The notes: a model not told the origin generated them from the letters alone. A stretch of 64,000 bases of DNA from Flavipsychrobacter sp. (GCA_025963465.1 JAOQAP010000225.1:74-64073); one strand, 5' to 3'; positions 1 through 10,431 are shown, counted from the stretch's first letter. Numbers and translations: made by a program.

Positions 1-538
1 CTTTGCCGATGCCCTGAGATGCGAAACATTCTATTGCATCTACACTTTTGAGCATCATATCTTTTACCATTGGTACTTCTGATGGTTTCCATTTACCAAG
101 CACAAATTCTACCTGGCGGCCTTTTGGGAAATCGCTGCCTATGCCGAAACGGAGCCGCTGGTACTTGTCTGTAAGTAGTGTAGTCTCAATGCTTTTAAGC
201 CCATTGTGGCCTGCAGCACTGCCGCCGCCACGTATACGGATAGTGCCTAACGGTAATGCAAGCTCATCAACGATCACCAACATGTTCTCCATAGGTATTT
301 TCTCCTTGTCCATCCAATATTTAATAGCTTTTCCACTCAGGTTCATGTAGGTGGTGGGCTTAATGACAATGAATGTCTTGCCTTTCCATTTTACTTCTGA
401 TACGAATGCATGGCGGTCTAAAGCGAATGTGCCGCCATTTTTTATTACAAATGTATCTGCCACATCGAACCCGATGTTGTGACGTGTGGCGTCATATTCA
501 GCACCTATATTGCCTAAGCCGGCGATGAGGAATTTCAT
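1..538 (-). CDS. pth: peptidyl-tRNA hydrolase, 3' end cut by window edge
   Basis: Not in the ORF track because it runs off the window. Manual reverse translation from ATG at 538-536 gives MKFLIAGLGNIGAEYDATRHNIGFDV...IRGGGSAAGHNGLKSI...RLRFGIG, typical Pth motifs. Confidence 0.9.
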   Translation of the reverse strand, partial: MKFLIAGLGNIGAEYDATRHNIGFDVADTFVIKNGGTFALDRHAFVSEVKWKGKTFIVIKPTTYMNLSGKAIKYWMDKEKIPMENMLVIVDELALPLGTIRIRGGGSAAGHNGLKSIETTLLTDKYQRLRFGIGSDFPKGRQVEFVLGKWKPSEVPMVKDMMLKSVDAIECFASQGIGK

Positions 539-589
539 GTTGCGAAAATAGGTTAATTAGTTAATTGGTCAGCGGGTTATGAGCACCAA

Positions 590-2812
590 TTAACGAATAA
601 GCAGGACATCTCCCTTTGATTCTTCTTTGTTACCTGTGAGGCACTTTGCTTTGAAGAAATAGTAATAGTTGCCCATATCGCATGGTATGCCATTAAAGGT
701 GCCGTCCCAGTACTGGCGAGGATCAGCGGTCTCAAATACTTCCTGTCCCCATCGGTTGTAAATAGCCAGCTTGTATTCGACCAGGTTACCATAAGATATA
801 ATACGGAAACCATCATTTACACCATCATTATTAGGTGTGAACGCATTGGGGTATGAGAATTTGCAGCAATACTGGATATCTTTATAACGGTAGGTAGCAG
901 AGTCTGCACATCCAAAAGAGTCAATCGCTTTGATCTGTATCAACACAGGTTCGGTGACCCGTATGTATGGCATATTTGCTGTATCAAAAAGCACCTGGTC
1001 CGCAGGTGTCCACGTATACGTGACACCTCCTGTAGCCCTAAGAGCAATGGTGTCACCTATACAAATTGTTTCCGGCTTGCTCGCAGCAAGCAATTCAGGT
1101 AGGGGTAGCGGATGGACTACCGCGCTGACAGGTACATTGGTTTTAATACACTGCCTGTATTGTTCTGTATAAGAGAAATGCTGTGTACCCACAGTTTTTG
1201 TATCAGGTATAGGAGGATAAAAAAGCAGGTCGCCATTAGAATAGTACCAGGTGATAATAGCTTCGGCGCCTATGGGTTCTATAATGATAGCTGCGGTAGG
1301 GCCGTTGATACAGTAGTTTTTCACCAAAGGTAACAGGGGCAGATCCCCGCTATCCGTAATGCCAATGGTGCTTGTACTCTTACAGAATTCATTTGAGCTG
1401 GTGACAACGCTATAAAAGCCTAAGGGCAGACTATCTACAATAGTACCTGTACTATCAATATAAGTTTTATAAACATCAGCACCTTGTGAAATGGTCACAG
1501 TGCGAGGTGCATAACCATAATTTAAATTATACTGCAATAACGCTTTGTGCAGGCATTGTGTGGAAGAGAGCAAAGTATAACTTAATACAGGGGGAGGCGC
1601 TACATTAATGGTATATGCTACGGTAGACCTGTTTGCCAAAGGGCAATGATCGTTGTTGATGTTGAGATAGAAGGTGTAAATGCCTGAGGGGATATTGCCT
1701 GTGGCCCAGTCGAAGGTGACTGAAGGGGAAGTAGAATTGTTGTTGATAATATTAAGGGTAGCGCCTGATGGTGTGTTGTTTGTTACCAAAGCAGTATTGT
1801 CGTTGTCAGGGTTATCAATGTTAATATTGAAAGTGAGGTGAGGCGTGCCGGCACAAATGTTGATAACATTATTTCCGGTAACAGTCCCGCCGGATACATT
1901 GTTTAACCTGGCTGTTGGCGGAACACCCTTACAGCCGTCAATAACAATAAATGTCATTTCGCGTTCGCTTGTACCGACAAGTACCCCTTTCCTGTATTCC
2001 GACACCTGGCACACAACCAATGCGTACTGAATAGCATCCGGTGTAAAGGATATTTGCCCGTTCAACGGGCTGAAAATAAACTTACCTGAGGTTGACAATG
2101 GTTCAGTGGCAGTATAAGGTGACGTATAGAACACATCAGTTTCTAAATTCCCGTCTCTGCCCGGTACAAGGGCAAATGCCAGCGAATCCCCATCAGGATC
2201 AATAGCGCCCTGACTATATTCTCCCTGCAAATTGATGCAATAATATGGCGTAGGAATGGTGGAATAAGCAGGTGAAGAATTGTCTTCAGCCAATGTATTA
2301 TCCAGCCTGGCTTTAAGCTCCATAATAGAGCTGTTATTGATAGGTTGTATGATGTTGGTTATATTACGGCTACGGCCTGCACCAGAATTGACACTGCCAA
2401 GCCCTCCCGGAAAAACAAACACCCAGTTTTTGGATCTGTGTGGAAGCGTTATCGTTTTGGAATACTTAAATCGTTTAACACCGGGTTGTGTGCCTCCATT
2501 ACATTTGGTATTATGTAACTCAGCTGCACATACCGGAGATACTTCAGTGCCGGCTTCTTCTACGTCAAGGTTGATCTGAGCGCCCTGGACGTTCCCGTCG
2601 TAAATTAATATATCGGGCCTTGCGTGATAGAGTGAATCAAATATTCCGGGGTCAGCGCCGCAATCGCCATATAGAGTGAGTGTGAGTTTATATGTGGTAC
2701 CTCCAATGTGTGTGTATAGCAACTCACCACCAAATATATGACTGGCAAAACTGTCAGGTCCTTTAAGAAGGATAAAGAACAGCAGGAATATTTTTAATGC
2801 TTTATTGTTCAT
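590..2812 (-). CDS. secreted protein with T9SS type B (gliding-motility-associated) C-terminal sorting domain, paralog 1 of 3
   Basis: 740-aa ORF with ATG start and signal peptide. N-terminus reads SHIFGGELLYTH. C-terminal ~90 aa (PNAFTPNNDGVNDGF...YNRWGQEVF...WDGTFNG...GDVLLIR) matches the type B CTD as I remember it. Only 32 nt downstream of paralog 2, so probably co-transcribed. Confidence 0.85.
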   Translation of the reverse strand: MNNKALKIFLLFFILLKGPDSFASHIFGGELLYTHIGGTTYKLTLTLYGDCGADPGIFDSLYHARPDILIYDGNVQGAQINLDVEEAGTEVSPVCAAELHNTKCNGGTQPGVKRFKYSKTITLPHRSKNWVFVFPGGLGSVNSGAGRSRNITNIIQPINNSSIMELKARLDNTLAEDNSSPAYSTIPTPYYCINLQGEYSQGAIDPDGDSLAFALVPGRDGNLETDVFYTSPYTATEPLSTSGKFIFSPLNGQISFTPDAIQYALVVCQVSEYRKGVLVGTSEREMTFIVIDGCKGVPPTARLNNVSGGTVTGNNVINICAGTPHLTFNINIDNPDNDNTALVTNNTPSGATLNIINNNSTSPSVTFDWATGNIPSGIYTFYLNINNDHCPLANRSTVAYTINVAPPPVLSYTLLSSTQCLHKALLQYNLNYGYAPRTVTISQGADVYKTYIDSTGTIVDSLPLGFYSVVTSSNEFCKSTSTIGITDSGDLPLLPLVKNYCINGPTAAIIIEPIGAEAIITWYYSNGDLLFYPPIPDTKTVGTQHFSYTEQYRQCIKTNVPVSAVVHPLPLPELLAASKPETICIGDTIALRATGGVTYTWTPADQVLFDTANMPYIRVTEPVLIQIKAIDSFGCADSATYRYKDIQYCCKFSYPNAFTPNNDGVNDGFRIISYGNLVEYKLAIYNRWGQEVFETADPRQYWDGTFNGIPCDMGNYYYFFKAKCLTGNKEESKGDVLLIR

Positions 2813-2844
2813 TTATATTACCTGGTCTTGTGAACTATTGTTTG

Positions 2845-5079
2845 TTATCGGATCAGGATAACATCGCCTTTTGATTCCTCTTTATTTCCCGTAAGGCATT
2901 TTGCCTTAAAATAGTATACATAGGTGCCAAGGTCACATGGTGTGCCATTCCATGTCCCGTCCCAGTAACGTAGCGGATCTGTGGTGTGAAATACCTCTAT
3001 ACCCCACCTGTTATAAATAAAGAGATCGTATTGTGTCAGATTGCCATAGGAGATTATCCGAAACCCATCATTTACCCCATCTTTATTTGGTGTAAATGCA
3101 TTAGGATAAGAGAAACGGCAACAATACTGAATGTCTTTGTAATCGTATACAATGGAATCGGCACAACCAAATGAGTCTATTGCTTTTAACTGCATAGAAA
3201 CCGGAACTGTGATCCTTGCATATGGCTTGCCGGCAGTATCGGAAAGTACCTGGTCGGCAGGCGTCCATACATAGGTTACACCCCCCGTGGCCCTGAGAGG
3301 GATAGTGTCTCCAAGGCAAATAGTTTCAGGCATACTTACGGCAAGTAGCTGAGGCTCCGGTAGCGCATGAACCGTAGCAGTGAGTGGTATTTTTGCAGAA
3401 ATACATTTTGCGTATTCTTCTATAAATGCATAATATTCTGATCCAATCACTTTAGTATCAGGGATAGGGGGGTAAAAGATAAGTCCACCTTTAGTGTCGA
3501 ACCAGGTGAATATCGCACCGGGACCTATAGGGTCAACACTGATAGGTACAGGGGTGCTGTTGATACAATAATTTTTTATGACAGGGGATAATGGCAGGTC
3601 GCCACTATCGCGCACAGATACCGGTATAGATGTGCTACACTGGGGGTTAGAGCTACATGAAACAATATAATCGCCAGTCGGCAGGCTATCAATTAGTGTA
3701 CCGGTGGAGTCGGTATATGTTTTATAGGTAGTGGTCCCATTCATTATGGTGATGGTCCTGGGGGTGTAACCATAATTCATGTGGTACTCCATAGTGGCTT
3801 TATGCACACATTGGGTAGGTGAGAGTAGCTTAGATGATATCTCCGGGAATGGTGTTACATTGATGGTGTAAGCCACTGTTGCTCTTGTAGCAAGCGGGCA
3901 GTGGTCATTCTGGATGGTAAGGTAAAAAGTGTATACCCCTATAGGAGTGCTGCCCGTAGACCATTCAAAAGTACCATGTGGCGAAGCGCTGCCATTGTCG
4001 TCTATGGAAAATGTGGCGCCGGCTGGTAATGCACTTGCACTGAATGTAGTTTTATCACCATCCGGGTTACTGATGCCGATACCAAAAGAAACGTGAGGGG
4101 TATTTACACATACATTTATTATGTTTCCGCCGGTTGCATTGCCCGATGCGACAGCTCCGCCTTCGTTTACCGTAAGTTTACTGGAAGGAGGTGTGCCCTG
4201 GCAGTTGCTAAGCACTACAATTGTCAATTCTCTTTCACTTGTGCCTATCAATATACCGTTCCTGTATTCAGATACTTTGCAGACAACCAATGCTTTCTGT
4301 GTGTTGGCGGGTGTAAAAGTTATCTGCCCGTTCAACTCATTGAAAAAGAAAGTATTGGGGTCCGTGTCCAATGGTTTTACCGCTGTAAACGGGAAAGTAT
4401 AATTAACAGAAGTGCCTCCATTATTAGCATCGGCCGCTGCCACCAGGCTGAATGCCAATGAATCTCCATCGGGATCAATAGCGCCATGGTTGTATTGTTG
4501 GGGCACCTTTACACAATAAAACGGAGTGGGTATAGAAGAGTATGCCGGTGAGGAGTTGTCTGAAACAAGGTTATTCAGATCGGCTTCCAGCTGAATAACG
4601 GAGCTTAGTGAGGCTGGTATTACATTGGAGATACTATTACTTCGCCCTGCCTGTGTGGCCGTGCCCATATTCCCTCTAAACAAAAATGCCCATTTCGCAG
4701 CCCTATACGGCAGTTTTACCGTGGCTGAATAGCTAAACCGCCGTACACCCTGTAATTTGCCACCTTTGCAGTTTGTACTATCTGCCTGTGCGGTGCAAAC
4801 CGGGGATACTTCGGTCCCCGATTCGTCTATTGTTAAAGAAAGGTCAGGCAACGTTGTGGTACCGTCGGTGATATAAATAACAGGAGAAGCTGTATACAGC
4901 GTATTAAAGATATCATAAGTGGCGCCACAATCACCATAAACAGTAAATGTAACTTTATAAACACTGTCTTTAATGTACGTGTATAGTAGTTCTCCGCCGA
5001 AAATATGGCTGGCAAAGCTATTTGTGCCCTGTACGAGCATGAATAATAATAAAAGTACCCTTATTAACTTTCTTCCCAC
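2845..5079 (-). CDS. secreted protein with T9SS type B C-terminal sorting domain, paralog 2 of 3
   Basis: 744-aa ORF. The start codon at 5079-5077 is GTG. Signal peptide and same N-terminal SHIFGGELLYTY and C-terminal PNAFTPNKDGVNDGF...YNRWGIEVF...WDGTWNG motifs. Confidence 0.85.
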   Translation of the reverse strand: MGRKLIRVLLLLFMLVQGTNSFASHIFGGELLYTYIKDSVYKVTFTVYGDCGATYDIFNTLYTASPVIYITDGTTTLPDLSLTIDESGTEVSPVCTAQADSTNCKGGKLQGVRRFSYSATVKLPYRAAKWAFLFRGNMGTATQAGRSNSISNVIPASLSSVIQLEADLNNLVSDNSSPAYSSIPTPFYCVKVPQQYNHGAIDPDGDSLAFSLVAAADANNGGTSVNYTFPFTAVKPLDTDPNTFFFNELNGQITFTPANTQKALVVCKVSEYRNGILIGTSERELTIVVLSNCQGTPPSSKLTVNEGGAVASGNATGGNIINVCVNTPHVSFGIGISNPDGDKTTFSASALPAGATFSIDDNGSASPHGTFEWSTGSTPIGVYTFYLTIQNDHCPLATRATVAYTINVTPFPEISSKLLSPTQCVHKATMEYHMNYGYTPRTITIMNGTTTYKTYTDSTGTLIDSLPTGDYIVSCSSNPQCSTSIPVSVRDSGDLPLSPVIKNYCINSTPVPISVDPIGPGAIFTWFDTKGGLIFYPPIPDTKVIGSEYYAFIEEYAKCISAKIPLTATVHALPEPQLLAVSMPETICLGDTIPLRATGGVTYVWTPADQVLSDTAGKPYARITVPVSMQLKAIDSFGCADSIVYDYKDIQYCCRFSYPNAFTPNKDGVNDGFRIISYGNLTQYDLFIYNRWGIEVFHTTDPLRYWDGTWNGTPCDLGTYVYYFKAKCLTGNKEESKGDVILIR

Positions 5080-5379
5080 TTTTTTATGATCTCAGATATG
5101 TAAAACAAGGTCTATGCATAAATACAGACCATAATACTAAGCGAATTTCGGGCATTTATAGCGGATTACCTTAAAAAATGTGGAGAAACGATCTTTTCAT
5201 AAAAAACTCAATGATTGGGTAACATCCCACATTCTATATTATCGCCCTAATTGAAGTAACTAAGCCGTAATATGTTATAGACGTATAAAACCGGTGCAAC
5301 CTTTGGTTTTGTGACAGGATTATTTTGGTAACTACCTACCCGCAGCAAGAATTGGGAAGGAATATACGATCGGGGCATA

Positions 5380-7605
5380 TCAACGAATGAGCAGGACATC
5401 GCCTTTTGATTCTTCTTTATTACCGGCGAGGCAGTTTGCTTTGAAGTAGTAATAATAATTACCCATGTCGCATGGTATACCATTGAAGGTGCCGTCCCAA
5501 TATTGGCGCGGATCAGTTGTCTCGAATACTTCCTGTCCCCAACGATTGAAAATGACCAGGTTATATTGGGTGAGGTTGCCATAAGATACTATTTTGAATC
5601 CATCATTTACTCCATCCCTGTTTGGGGTGAATGCATTGGGATAGGAGAACTGACAGCAATACTGGATGTCTTTGTAATTATAAGTTACAGAATCGGAACA
5701 GCCAAATGAATCTATTGCTTTTACCTGTATTGCGACCGGAGTAGTTACTCTTATATATGGATGACCTGCAGGGTCAGAAAGTATGAGGTCTCTAGGTGTC
5801 CATGTATAAGTGACGCCACCTGTGGCCTGCAACATTATGGTATCACCCAGGCAAATAGTTTCCGGTTTGCTAGCCGCTAACAGCTCAGTGACAGGTGGCT
5901 GATGAACCGTGGTGGTAACGGGTATTTTCGCTGAGAGACACTGGTGGTATTGCTCTGTAAAATAATAATATTCAGATCCAGGCGCTTTAGTATCAGGTAT
6001 AGGTGGGTAATAAATAGGTGCCCCGGCGGGATCATACCACGTAATAATGGCGCCTGTGCCAATAGGTAAAATTTCAATAGGGCCGGTAGGGCCATTGATG
6101 CAATAGTCTTTTATTACGGGTGACAAAGGCAGGTCTCCGCTATCAGGTATTACAATAGCTGCTGATACTTTGCAAACCCCATTTGCGCTTGTGATCATGG
6201 TATATGGGCCCTGCGGTAAACTATCTATGATGGTGCCTGTACTGTCGGTATACGTTTTGTAGCTATCATTTCCCGACATAATAGTAAGGGTCCTTGGGGT
6301 ATAGCCATATTTCAGGTTGTACTGAACAAATGCTTTGTGCAGACACTGGGTAGGGGCAATGAGGTTGTAAGATAATTCAGGCTTTTGGGTAATGTTTATG
6401 GTGTAAGCTACTGTTTGCCGGTTAGCAATAGGGCAATGATCATTTTTTATAGTAATGTAAAATGTATAAATGCCGATAGGAATATTGCCGGTGACCCAGT
6501 GGAAGCTGGCATACGGATCGGTTGTGTTATCATTAATGATATCCAGTGTGGAAGACCCCGGCAATGTGCTTGTTTCGATGGTTGTAATATCTCTGTCAGG
6601 GTTGGCTAATTTGATACCAAAAGACAGGTCTTCAGTGCCGGCACAAACAGTGATTACGTTGGGCCCGGTGATAGCTCCACCCGAGACTGCATTCAATGAA
6701 GGTGTTGGAGGTATACCCTTGCAATCGTCCAGTACTACAAAGGTCAGTTCACGCTCACTGGTACCAATGAGTACACCTTTCCTGTACTCAGAGACCTTAC
6801 ATACCACAAGGGCATCCTGTATAATAGAAGGAACGAACGATATTTGTCCATTGATGGCGTTGAATTTAAAAGTGCCGGCATCAGTGGCTAATGGAAGTTC
6901 AGCAGAAAACGGGGGAAGATAGGAGATCGGCATTCCGGCGCTGTTGGCATCAATTGCCGGTACCATGCTGAATACAAGCGAGTCCCCGTCGGCATCAATT
7001 GCGCCCTGGTTATATTCCTGAGGTACCTTTACGCACGAGAACGGAGTAGGAATTGATGAGTATACCGGAGATGAGTTGTATTCGGTTGTATTGTCCAGGT
7101 AAGCTTCCAGTTGCATGAGTGTGCTGCTGCCTGGTAACGGGTTGAGCACATTAGTGATACTACCGCTTCTGCCTGCTGATCCGAAAGAGCCCATACCACC
7201 TTTGAATAAAAAGGTCCATTTCGTATCTGGATAGGGTAGGGTTATCGTGTCATCATAGATAAATCTACGAACCCCGGGCAGAGTGCCGCCGGGCGTACAT
7301 TTTGTATTGCCTATTTCAGCCTTACATACAGGTGATACATCGGTACCCCTTTCTATTATATTAAGTGTGAGTACCATTGGATTGATCCCGTCGGTAACAG
7401 TAACTGTGGGTGTGGCGTCATACAATGATTGAAATAAAGCTTCCGCAGCACCGCAATCGGCGTACAACGTAAGGTATACTCTATATGTGTCGCCTGAAAT
7501 ACGTGTATAAAGGAGCTCACCGCCAAAAATATGGCTGGCAAAGCTATTTGTACCCTGACCCAGGATGAATAGAAACAATAATATCGCAGAAAATTTTCTA
7601 CTCAC
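5380..7605 (-). CDS. secreted protein with T9SS type B C-terminal sorting domain, paralog 3 of 3
   Basis: 741-aa ORF. The start codon at 7605-7603 is GTG. Same conserved termini as the other two. Separated from paralog 2 by 300 nt. Confidence 0.85.
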   Translation of the reverse strand: MSRKFSAILLFLFILGQGTNSFASHIFGGELLYTRISGDTYRVYLTLYADCGAAEALFQSLYDATPTVTVTDGINPMVLTLNIIERGTDVSPVCKAEIGNTKCTPGGTLPGVRRFIYDDTITLPYPDTKWTFLFKGGMGSFGSAGRSGSITNVLNPLPGSSTLMQLEAYLDNTTEYNSSPVYSSIPTPFSCVKVPQEYNQGAIDADGDSLVFSMVPAIDANSAGMPISYLPPFSAELPLATDAGTFKFNAINGQISFVPSIIQDALVVCKVSEYRKGVLIGTSERELTFVVLDDCKGIPPTPSLNAVSGGAITGPNVITVCAGTEDLSFGIKLANPDRDITTIETSTLPGSSTLDIINDNTTDPYASFHWVTGNIPIGIYTFYITIKNDHCPIANRQTVAYTINITQKPELSYNLIAPTQCLHKAFVQYNLKYGYTPRTLTIMSGNDSYKTYTDSTGTIIDSLPQGPYTMITSANGVCKVSAAIVIPDSGDLPLSPVIKDYCINGPTGPIEILPIGTGAIITWYDPAGAPIYYPPIPDTKAPGSEYYYFTEQYHQCLSAKIPVTTTVHQPPVTELLAASKPETICLGDTIMLQATGGVTYTWTPRDLILSDPAGHPYIRVTTPVAIQVKAIDSFGCSDSVTYNYKDIQYCCQFSYPNAFTPNRDGVNDGFKIVSYGNLTQYNLVIFNRWGQEVFETTDPRQYWDGTFNGIPCDMGNYYYYFKANCLAGNKEESKGDVLLIR

Positions 7606-7812
7606 TTTGTATTATCTCAGATGCGTGAAGATAAAGGATACATATGTATACTATAATATTAATAAAAAATTGGCATTTATAGCATATCACCCGGAAATTG
7701 AAGAAAAAAATAGTAGACTATGTATGTATAAAAATGGTAAAAGCCGGGCATAGAGGGCTATTATTTTGGCAACTTCCCTACCTTGCAGCAAAAAACGAAA
7801 ACAATATATTTT

Positions 7813-8727
7813 ATGTCAGGAAAGATAAAAACAGTAACGGTAATAGGGTCAGGTACCATGGGCAATGGTATTTGCCATGTATTTGCCCAAAACGGGTTTG
7901 ATGTGCATATGATGGACATTAACCAAGGTGCACTTGATAAAGCGCTGGCTACAATAGGCAAGAACATGGATCGCCAGGTAGCTAAAGGCTCACTAACTGA
8001 AGAAGCGAAAAACGAAGCTGTAGGCCGCATAAAGACCTTTACGGATATGGCATCGGCTGTAAAAGAGGCTGACCTTGTAGTAGAAGCTGCTACTGAAAAC
8101 GTAGACCTGAAACTGAATATATTCCGCCAGCTGGACGAACATTGTCCGGCGCATTGTATACTCGCCAGCAATACTTCTTCCATATCTATTACCCGTATAG
8201 GCTCTGTGACCAAAAGAGCAAACAAAGTAATAGGTATGCATTTTATGAATCCTGTACCTGTTATGAAACTGGTGGAAGTGATCAATGGATATGCTACAGA
8301 TGCTGAAGTAACCAAAACAGTATATGAATTATCTGAACAACTGGGCAAGGTGCCCTGCGTAGCTAATGATTACCCGGGCTTTGTAGCCAACCGCATACTG
8401 ATGCCTATGATCAATGAGGCGATCATAACACTGCAGGAAGGCGTAGCGGGCGTGGCTGAGATAGATACTATCATGAAGCTTGGTATGGCACATCCTATGG
8501 GCCCATTACAACTTGCTGATTTTATTGGCCTTGATACCTGCCTTTCTATCCTGAATGTATTATATACCGGCATCGGTAATCCGAAATATGCACCGGCCAC
8601 GTTGCTGGTGAATATGGTGCAGGCAGGCAGACTTGGTGCAAAATCAGGTGAGGGTTTTTACAAGTACACAGCAGGCAGTAAAGACCTGGTAGTAAGCGAG
8701 AGCTTTGCAACTGTACAATGGAAATAA
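7813..8727 (+). CDS. hbd: 3-hydroxybutyryl-CoA / 3-hydroxyacyl-CoA dehydrogenase
   Basis: Rossmann motif VIGSGTMGNGI near the N-terminus and the family-typical FMNPVPVMKLVEVI and GFVANRIL segments. I prefer the ATG at 7813 (MSGKIKTVTVIG) to the ORF-track start at 7783. Confidence 0.85.
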   Translation: MSGKIKTVTVIGSGTMGNGICHVFAQNGFDVHMMDINQGALDKALATIGKNMDRQVAKGSLTEEAKNEAVGRIKTFTDMASAVKEADLVVEAATENVDLKLNIFRQLDEHCPAHCILASNTSSISITRIGSVTKRANKVIGMHFMNPVPVMKLVEVINGYATDAEVTKTVYELSEQLGKVPCVANDYPGFVANRILMPMINEAIITLQEGVAGVAEIDTIMKLGMAHPMGPLQLADFIGLDTCLSILNVLYTGIGNPKYAPATLLVNMVQAGRLGAKSGEGFYKYTAGSKDLVVSESFATVQWK

Positions 8728-8731
8728 CACA

Positions 8732-9328
8732 ATGCAACAGGTAGTAATAGCATCTAATAACAAAGGCAAGATCAGAGAAATACGGACAATGATAGAAGAA
8801 ATAGAACTTCTGTCATTAGCTGATATTGATTTTACTGATGATATACCTGAGCCTTATGATACATTTGAAGAGAATGCGTTGGCAAAAGCATCGGCAATAC
8901 ATGTGTTTTCCGGTAAAAATGTTTTTGCTGATGATAGTGGTATATGCATAAATGCACTGAATGGCGCACCCGGTGTAATAAGCGCCCATTATAGCGGAGT
9001 AAGAGATGATGAGCACAACCTGCAAAAAGTACTGAGCGAGCTGAAGGATGCGACAGACAGAACAGCATTTTATAAGGCAGTGATATGCCTGGTTTGGGAT
9101 GGAGAGGTCTACTATTTTGAAGGTATTTGCGGGGGAAGGATCATTAAAGAGAAAAGAGGGGAGGGTGGATTTGGTTATGACCCCATATTTGTTCCTGATG
9201 GTTACATGCAGACATTTGCAGAGCTACCCCTGTCTGTGAAAAATGAAATAAGCCATAGGGGAAAGGCGGTGAAGAAAATGGTGGCTTTTTTGAAAGAAAG
9301 AATAAGGGAGGACAGCTCATTTATATAG
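8732..9328 (+). CDS. rdgB: non-canonical purine NTP pyrophosphatase (RdgB/HAM1 family)
   Basis: VIASNNKGKIREI, DDSGICINALNGAPGV, FGYDPIF and NEISHRGKA motifs. Start moved to the internal ATG 8732 (MQQVVIASNN). Confidence 0.85.
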   Translation: MQQVVIASNNKGKIREIRTMIEEIELLSLADIDFTDDIPEPYDTFEENALAKASAIHVFSGKNVFADDSGICINALNGAPGVISAHYSGVRDDEHNLQKVLSELKDATDRTAFYKAVICLVWDGEVYYFEGICGGRIIKEKRGEGGFGYDPIFVPDGYMQTFAELPLSVKNEISHRGKAVKKMVAFLKERIREDSSFI

Positions 9329-9331
9329 CAC

Positions 9332-10330
9332 ATGAAATTTTCGATAGGAGACAGGATCGTGCTGAACCGCACCGGTGAAGAAGGATTTGTAACGGCTTAC
9401 ATCAACGAGCAGATGCTGGAGGTGGAAGTGGGCGGTACTGTGTTTCCTGTGTACCTGGAAGATATAGACCATCCTTACATGAGGTGGTTTACAGATAAAA
9501 ATAAAAAGAAAAGTTCCACTCCAAAGGAACAACTGCCCATTGAAAAAATAGCGGAACGCAGGCCGCGGCTTGCGAAGGGTGTTTACCTGTCCTTTCTACC
9601 TGTTTTTAAAACAGATGGTATGGATGAAGTAGCAGATGTACTGAAGGTGTACCTTCTGAATGAAATGCCACAGCCTATAAAATATGTGTATGATGTGCGG
9701 CTTTCGCAAAAAAGCGAATTCAGGCATGAGGGAACTTTGCATGCATTCGGCAATGTGTACCTGCACAGCGTGAGTTATGCTGATATGAATGACCAGCCAA
9801 GGTTTCACTGGCAGATAGCGGACACGGTAAACACTGATCTGCAAACGGAGGAGGGTATACTACGCATAAAGCCAGCCAAATTGTTTGAACATATCAATGA
9901 TATACAGTTCAATGGCGGGCCAACGTTCAGTTACCTGCTGATAGATGACCTGGTGCCAAAGAAAAAAGCAGAACCGGTGGAGCAATTTGTACCACCCCTG
10001 AGATCGCAGGCTATAAACCACGTGACCACCAGGACGATAGAAGCCGCAAAATATGAAGTCGACCTGCACATAGAGGCCTTGCTGGATGACAGAAAGGGAT
10101 TGACGAATGCAGATATTGTGAACATACAGATGGAGGCACTGCGCCACTATCTGCAACTGAGTATTGTACACAGGCAGGAGCGAATGGTTGTGATACATGG
10201 ACTGGGCAAGGGGAGGCTGAAAGAAGAGGTGCATACTATTCTGAAACAAACACCTGAGGTAAGCAGGTATAAAAATGAATGGAGTGCTAAATATGGTTTT
10301 GGTGCAACCGAGATATTTTTCAAGTTTTAG
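9332..10330 (+). CDS. Smr (MutS2-like small) domain protein with N-terminal DUF2027-like region
   Basis: The C-terminal ~80 aa (VDLHIEAL...VVIHGLGKGRLKEEV...FGATEIFF) is Smr-like. The N-terminus (MKFSIGDRIVLNRTGEEGFV) resembles the Bacteroidota DUF2027 arrangement. Confidence 0.7.
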   Translation: MKFSIGDRIVLNRTGEEGFVTAYINEQMLEVEVGGTVFPVYLEDIDHPYMRWFTDKNKKKSSTPKEQLPIEKIAERRPRLAKGVYLSFLPVFKTDGMDEVADVLKVYLLNEMPQPIKYVYDVRLSQKSEFRHEGTLHAFGNVYLHSVSYADMNDQPRFHWQIADTVNTDLQTEEGILRIKPAKLFEHINDIQFNGGPTFSYLLIDDLVPKKKAEPVEQFVPPLRSQAINHVTTRTIEAAKYEVDLHIEALLDDRKGLTNADIVNIQMEALRHYLQLSIVHRQERMVVIHGLGKGRLKEEVHTILKQTPEVSRYKNEWSAKYGFGATEIFFKF

Positions 10331-10431
10331 CAAGTTATGCACAATCCGCCCCAACATTTGTATTCTTAACACTACGGTGACGGTTTGAATACATTTAATT
10401 CATATCTTGCGATTCAAATATTCTAATAATT

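Noticed and set aside
560-594. Terminator between type B paralog 1 and pth
   Set aside because: GTTAATTGG/CCAATTAAC can pair, but the stem is AT-rich with a 17-nt loop, has no T-run, and overlaps the stop codon. That is too weak to call.
577-816. Same-strand overlapping ORFs at the 3' ends of the type B genes (577-816 and 5247-5582)
   Set aside because: These are alternate-frame readings of the conserved CTD-coding DNA. They resemble each other only because the underlying DNA is duplicated.
590-7605. Diversity-generating retroelement or invertase-driven phase variation acting on the tandem paralogs (also 55486-61491)
   Set aside because: No reverse transcriptase, template repeat, site-specific recombinase or flanking inverted repeats were found. 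Mosaic similarity is better explained by gene conversion.
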